DNA of 64,000 nt, from the NCBI GenBank assembly GCA_951406725.2, contig OX597815.1, positions 4,712,001 through 4,776,000 of the forward strand, in the 5' to 3' direction. Position 1 is the stretch's first letter. Each line of letters opens with the position of its first letter. Both the position numbers and the translations under genes were made by a program. Source of the stretch: Octopus vulgaris (lineage: Eukaryota). The notes beneath the pieces are model-generated. The model was given only the letters and a program-made list of their open reading frames with translations. It was not told the DNA's origin and ran no database searches. Shown here one piece after another: positions 56,661 to 64,000 of the stretch.

Positions 56661-57532
56661 ATTTCGTTATATATACACATGCACACATATAATCTGTGTT
56701 TGTCCCCCAGCATTGCTCGACAATCGGCGTTGGTTTGTTTACGTCCCTATAACTTAAGCAGCTCGGCTAAAGAGACCAATAGAATAAATACCAGGCTTGA
56801 AAGAAGTGCTGGAATCGCTATATTTGACTAAAAAATTTTCCAGGTGGTGCCCCAGCATGGCCAGTCTAATGAAAGAAACAAGAAAAAGATGTACGCAATT
56901 AAATTATTGTAAGGGAAGAGTTACGTCCCTTATACTGTAGACGAAACTGTTATTTTATGTGGTTACTGGATCTGCTAGAAATAGCAGCCAAGTCTTCCTC
57001 GAATTACACTCCATCTTCAGGAAATATACTTTGTATAATGTGGGATGGTCGTGTCTGGAATGTTATACAGTTGAAAATAGGATATTTTAAGAGAAGCAAT
57101 CAAAAATGGACCAATGCTATGAAGGTTGATAAAATTAAAGGGTGCCATGAATTCCTAAATATCTTTGTAGCAGTTGTTGTCAGTTCTTGGTGGAAAGGCT
57201 GAGCTAATTCCCCGAGGGTGTGGCTGCATGGTTAAAGAGCTTGCTTCCCAACCATGTGGTTCTGGGTTCTATCCCACTGTGTGGGACTTGGGGCAAGTAT
57301 CTTTTTGACACTTTAGCATTTAAACTGGCCGTATCCAGCCAGAATACTCTTTTACTCGTTTCAGTCATTTGACTGCGGCCATGCTGGAGCACCGCCTTTA
57401 GTCGAGCAGATCGACCCCAGGACTTATTCTTTGTAAGCCTAGTACTTATTATATCGGTCTCTTTGCCGAACCGCTAAGTTACGGGGACGTAAACACACCA
57501 GCATCGGTTGTTAAGCGATGTTGGTCGGACAA

Positions 57533-57563
<31 letters not shown>

Positions 57564-60500
57564 CATATATACGACAGGCTTCTTTCAGTTTCCGTCTACC
57601 AAATCCACTCACAAGGCTTTGGTCGGCCTGAGGCCATAGTAGAAGACACTTGCCAAAGGTGCCACGCAGTGTGATTGAACCCGGAACCATTTGGTTGGTA
57701 AGCAAGCTACTTACCACGCAGCCACTCCTGCTATATTCTGTTTTATGTTTAAATATTCTGTTTTATGTTTAAATCAGCCAGATCAGACATCTTACACCTG
57801 TCTTGCAATGTCATTCTAATACTAAACAGTCACTTCATTGAAATCTGAAAGCAGTGAGATAATGCAGGATTAATCCAAAACATTGAGTATAAATAAGATT
57901 TAACAGAGGAATCTGAATGCTGACATTTTAATTCTTTAATCTTTGTACTGGCCAAACATTCAACCTGTGTTATGCCTGAACTGTTCAAATATGGCCTCTA
58001 GCACCTACCCTGCAATATCATTCTAAAACTAAACTATCACATCATTGAAATTTCAGTGCCACGGTGTTAGCACGCCAGGCGAAATGCTTAGCGGTATTTT
58101 GTCTGCCACTACGTTCTGAGTTCAAATTCCGCCAAGGTCGACTTTACCTTTCATCCTTTAGAGGTTGATTAAATAAGTACCAGTTACGCACTGGGGTCGA
58201 TATAATCGACTTAATCCATTTGTCTGTCCTTGTTTGCCCTCTCTGTGTTTAGCCCCTTGTGGGTAGTAAAGAAAAGAAATAGGTATTTAGCCTGCCGTTA
58301 CGTTCTGAGTTCAAATTCCGCCGAGGTCAACTTTGCCTTTCATCCTTTCGGGGTCAATTAAATAAGTAACAGTTACGCACTGGGGTCGATGGAATCGACT
58401 TAATTTGTTTGTCCTCTCTGTGTGTAGCCCCTTGTGGGCAGTAAAGAAATATGAAATTTCAATGCCACAAGATAATCCCTGATTAATTCAAAACAATCAT
58501 CATTGTCTAACGTCTGCTTTCCATCCTAGCATGGGTTGGATGGACTGACATGGAGCTGCCCACACTCCATTCGAATGTGATCGTTACCAGCATCACCTTA
58601 CTGGCACTCGAGCACCATGCTAGTAGGGTGCGAAGAGCACCATCCGAGCGTGATCGTTGCCAGAGCAGCCAACTGGCTTCTGTGCCGGTGGCACGTAAAA
58701 GGCACCATTCGAGTGTGATCGTTACCAGCATCGCCTTACTGGCACCTGTGCAGGTGGCATGTGTAAAAAGATTCGAGCAAGGTTGTTGCCAGTACTGCCT
58801 GAGTGGCCCCCATGCCATTTGCACGTAAAAAGCACCCACTACACTCTTGGAGTGGTTGGAGTTAGGAAGGGCATCCAGCTGTAGAAACTCTGCCAGATCA
58901 AGATTGGAGCCTGGTGCAGCCATCTGGTTCGCCAGTCCTCAGTCAAAATCGTCCAACCCATGCCAGCATGGAAAGCGGACGTTAAATGATGATCTTGTTT
59001 GTTGTTAACACAATGTTTTCATCAGGTGTCTTGGGGAAATTTTGAACCTGGGTTCTCATTCCTAAGGTATTTTTCGATATTATTATTATTATTATTCAGG
59101 TCACTACCTGGAATCATACTCGGAATCTTGGAGTTAGTAGCCTACGCTCTTATCAAGATGAGGACAAATATCCGTCAAATGTAAATAATGTACTTTGAGA
59201 TAATGCATGATTAATTCAAAACAATTTGAATAAATAAGCCTTCCATTTGACAGAGTGCTATGAATGCTTAAGCATTACAGGAGAGGGCAGTCTCCAAGGT
59301 TACTCCAAGGTAGACTGGGTCAGTACAGTACTCCAGTGTATTCCTGACCATTTACTCTTCAGAAGTTGGTTGGTTTCATAATTCCTGAGATGGAACGAAC
59401 AAGCTCTGGTCTTTTCAAATTGTTCTCTCATGTAAACAATAATTTGTTTTAAGGCCATTGTTACCCCTCAACCCATTAAAACAGGGAGTTCACCTTGCTG
59501 GTCCATCACAATCTAAAACTCATCATGGTCCCCTGTTTCGCTGGATGGTCTTCTTCCGACAGTTGTTATTAAAAACACTAATAAAAGTTCATGTTTATCT
59601 TTTCTCTTTTACTTGTCTCACTTGTTACACAGGGGCCATGCTGGGGCAGCACCTTGAAGAATTTTAGTAGGTTTTTTAAAGCTTAGTACTTATTCTATTA
59701 GTCTCTTAGGCTGAACTGCTAAGTTACTGGGATGCAAACACCAACACCCATTGTCAAGCAACAGTGAGGAACAGACACACACACACACACGCATCTGTCT
59801 GTCTATATACGACAGGCTTCATTCTGTTTCCGTCTGCCAAATCCACTCGCAATGGTTCAGCTGGCCCGAAGCTGTAGTAAAAGATACTTTGCCCAAGGTG
59901 TCTCACAGTGGGATTGAACTCGGAACCACGTGGTTGGGAAGCAAACTGCTTACCTCACAGCCCCGCTTGTTTGTTTTCTCAAACTGATGAGATAAAATTG
60001 CAACAAGGTTTTCTTGCCCCCATTCCCCGACCCCCCCCCTCCCTCAAGACCAAAACAATTATTTCCTAAGAAATCAAATATCTGTGTAATATGCTGGAAT
60101 ATTTTCTTCATCCACATCCTTCTCTTATCACAGAGAAAGAAAGAGCAGCTAATTGGGTGGGGGGGGGGAAGAGAGAGGAGCTAATCTCAATACTGACATA
60201 TAATCCAATCTTACTTCATCTTCCACCCTTGCCCATCCCATCTAGTGATGTGTTCCTCCGTTTCCTTTCATGACTTGTCAGAAAAATATCTAATTATCCA
60301 GTTCCAGGTGTGTTGGAATTGTCTTATCAATTACACACCTGCTTCAGGTGAGTAAATATATAATGCATTTGTCATTGCTGTTTTGTATTACAAAAATGTT
60401 GCATGTCTGGGGGGTGGGGGTTACTTTTTGTGATTACCCAGTCTTAGCAGCAGAGTTTACAGCCATTTGCAGGAAGCAAAGAAGGTAAGCATATTTAGAC

Positions 60501-63500
60501 AGACTTAAAATGGTTATTGTTCACCCCTGGGTTGGTTCTGAGTGAGCCAAACCTATGATGAATCATTCCAATCATGACCATCCTTATGGGTTTTGTTCTA
60601 CGCCTGTGGTTCTCAAGTTTTCTTTTTTGTTTTTGTTTTACCTAGGGACCCCTTTGAATACTATTTTATTGTGGTGGACCCCCAAAGCCATTCGTTGTTT
60701 AAAATAGATACCTTTCGAAATTGTTATTTTGTTTCTTCCCACGTTCACCTACATGCTAGAAACGTGTTAAACTATTTCAAAAGTTAAAGAAATCTCGCTG
60801 TTTCTTGTGATAAAAGTGATAAATAAAATAGTTACAGTTATTTAATGAAACCAGTCTAAATTCTTGATGATTTTAGAATTTAATTGAAACTCATAAGGGT
60901 TTTGTGATAAAAAGTTTTGCTTTTGTTGTACAAAAGCAAAACTTTTTTTATGGACACTTAAAATACAACTGAGAATCCCCAGTTTTTTATCATGCTCACA
61001 TGGACCACCAAACCCCACTCCAAAACATTATGTCAATCCCTAGGGGTCACCTAGACTCTGGTTGAGAACCACCATTCCAGACAGTGGAAATTCAATGTGT
61101 CTGTACCTCTTGACAGGGTGTGGTATGATGGACATTGGGCTGTTGTTTATCATCATCATTTAACGTCTGCTTTCCATGCTAGCATGGGTTGGACGATTTT
61201 TGACTGAGGGCTGGTGAACCAGATGGCAGCACCAGGCTCCAATCTTGATCTGGCAGAGTTTATACAGCTGGATGCCTTTCCTAATGCCAACCACTCCGAG
61301 AGTGTAGTGGGTGCTTTTACGTGCCACCAGCTTGGAGGCCAGTCAGGCGGTACTGGCAACGACCTCTCTTGAATCTTTTTATGCATGCCACCGGCACAAT
61401 GCCAGTAAGTCGACGCTGGTAACGATCACACTCGAATGGTGCCCTTTTACGTGCCACCGACACGGAGGCCAGATAGCCGCCCTGGCAACGATCACGCTTG
61501 AATGGTACTCTTAGCACCCCACTAGCACAGGCACAGGTGCCAGTAAGGCGACACTGGTAACGATCACACTCGAATCATTCCTTTTACATGCCACTGGCAC
61601 GGAAGCTGGTTAGCCGCTCTGTCAAACGATCATTATTGTATAAGTATGGGTGTGTCTCCTTGTCTTGACATTGTGCCACTCTTGTAGAAGCTGTGCCCTT
61701 TATTTCCAATCTTCTGTGAAAATATGTCTGGCCATGGAGAAATATTACCTTGTTTGGAAACTGGAGAAGGTTGGTGACAGGAAGGGCATCCAGCTGTAGA
61801 AAATCTGCCTGGAAGTCTTGGACCATTCCAGAGTTTTGCTTACACTGTTTTATCAGGTGAGTGGAAGGATCTTTTACTACTTAAGGCCACTGGACTGTGG
61901 CCATGCTGGAGCAACACTTTGAAGGGCTTTCAATGAGCTAAACAACCCCAGTATTGTTTTGTTTTACAGTCTGGTACTTATTCTATTGGTCTCTTTTGCT
62001 GAACTGCTAAGTTATGACGATGTAAACAAACCAACACAAGTTGTCAAGTAGTAAGACACACACACGACTATAAGCCTTGTAACCAGTTGATCTAGTAAAT
62101 GGGGCCTCATCTCATTGAGGGCTCATGCGCAATAATGCCATTGAGAGGGAGGCCCTGAAATGGTGCACATCCTCTCCTGATGACCCCAATTAACCTGATA
62201 GCATCCAGCATGTGGACCCTTCGGCTGGTAGTACTTGCATCTGCAAGTTATTTGCAAAAAATACATGCATGCACACACTCACACATGATGGGCTTCAACA
62301 CAGTTTCCATCTAGTAAATTCATTCTCAAGGCATTGACCATCTCAGGGTTACAGTAGAAGAGACACTTAAACCTTTCGTTATTATATTTCTAATTAAAAC
62401 CCTTATGAGTTTCAATTAAATTCTGAAATCATCAAGAATTTAGACTGGTTTCATTAAACAACCGTAACTATTTTATTTATCGACTTATTAATGTGATTTT
62501 TGGAACATCAATGACACGAGTGACTGAAACCTTTGGAGATATGCTGTGCTTGAGAAGACCGACAGGCCAAGTGAGACCATAACCCAGGGCCTATGCCAGT
62601 GCTGTATAACCAGCCCATTTAAGAGTACCCTTCAATCATTGGGCAATAAACTTTGCTTGTGAAGACCTGTTGAGGCAAGTGAAATCAAAATCGCTGATGT
62701 GGCCAATGATGGTACCGCCTGATTGGCATTCGTGCCAGTGATATGTTAAAAGCATATCCGAGCGTGATCGTTACCTGGGCTGCTGACTGGCTCCCATGCA
62801 GGTGGCATGTAAAAAGCACCATTTGAGCGCGATCATTGTCAGCATCACCTTACTGGCACATGAGCCGGTGGCATGTGAAAAACAACATTTGAGCATGGTT
62901 GTTGCCAGTGCAGGTGGCATGTAAAAAACACCTTTTGAGCATGGTCATTGCTAGTATTACCTGACTGGCCCTCGTGCTGGTGGCATATAAAAAGCACCCA
63001 CTACACTCTCGGAGTGGTTGGTGTCAGGAAGGGCATCCAGCTGTAGAAACTCTGCCAGATCAGATTGGAGCCTGGCGCAGCCTTCTGGCTCGCCAGTCTT
63101 CAGTCAAACTGTTCGATCAATGCCAACATGGAAATGACGATGATGATGATGAATCTAATTACAGGTAAATACATTTCAACCACAAGCTATCTTTTTTCTT
63201 GATTTGTTTACTTTCTGCATAATGGTTTGATTCTGTATGTGATTATTTCAGACAAGCTTACCATTGCTTGATTTCTCCATATCTTCCATTGAAAAGCCCT
63301 CAAATTCAGAATCACTGCTTGATAGCAGGAAACTGTTATCCATTTTAAAAGTTTAAAAAAAAAAATATCACCGAAGTAAAAAAAAGGGGAAAAAAAACTT
63401 CCCAAAAGTCTTAGAGCTCAGGTCTCACATCAATGTCAGATACTGTGACTCAACTGTTTACAAAGCGAAATCAAGTGTTTTCACAAATGTACTCGGTGAC

Positions 63501-64000
63501 TGACATCCGTTGCTAGTGGAGCGCTAAGAGTACCATACGAGTGAGATTGTTACCAGAGCAACAAGCTGGCCTCCATGCCGATGGCACGTTAAAAACACCA
63601 TTCGAGCATGATCGTTACCTGCGTTGCCTTACTGACACTTGTGCTGGTGGCATGTGAAACATTCGAGCGAGGTTGTCGCCAGTGCCGCTGGACTGGCTCC
63701 TGTACAGGTGGCACATAAAAAGCACCATTTGGGCGTGGCCGTTGCCAGTACCACCAAAATGGCCCTCGTGCCGGTTGCACGTAAAAGCACCGACTACACT
63801 CAGAGTTGTTGGCATTAGGAAGGGCATCCAGCTGTAGAAACTCTGCCAGATCAGATTGGAGCCTGGTGCAGCCATCTCTTTCGCCAGACCTCAGTCAAAT
63901 TGTCCAACCCATGCTAGAATGGAAAGCGGACGTTAAACGATGATGATGCTGATGATGATGTACTAACGAGATTGGTGTTGAAATTCATATTTAAATATCA

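Noticed and set aside
60817-62482. Inverted ~85-bp pair at about 60817-60902 and 62396-62482
   Set aside because: Both look like fragments of the common TTAA-MITE family in opposite orientation; no TSD defining a single element.

Overview
AT-rich, repeat-dense eukaryotic DNA. The SINE/RTE/microsatellite landscape looks like an octopus (coleoid cephalopod) genome; this is an inference, not checked. The one well-supported gene is a + strand TBC1D15/TBC1D17-family Rab GAP. I traced 13 GT-AG coding exons from 6734 to 49810 with consistent phases, giving 586 aa plus stop with IxxDxxR and YxQ catalytic motifs; the start exon(s) were not found and probably lie upstream. Introns and flanks contain tRNA-derived SINEs, RTE- and CR1-like LINE 3' ends, non-autonomous Helitrons, hAT- and piggyBac-like MITEs, a deleted DD41D Tc1/mariner element, a 5S rRNA pseudogene, a tRNA-Arg(ACG)-derived gene carrying an ACA anticodon, and many long inverted repeats. 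The most interesting signals are (1) head-to-head elements combining a tRNA-like Pol III promoter with a minimal Penelope-type hammerhead ribozyme, (2) a possible decayed antisense multi-exon gene (LEXM/CIMAP2-like by recollection) nested in the 16-kb intron, (3) a split Ser codon next to the catalytic YxQ that one A-to-I edit would turn into the family's usual Gly, and (4) several frame-preserving candidate cassette exons or microexons. All homology calls are by eye and from memory; no searches were run.
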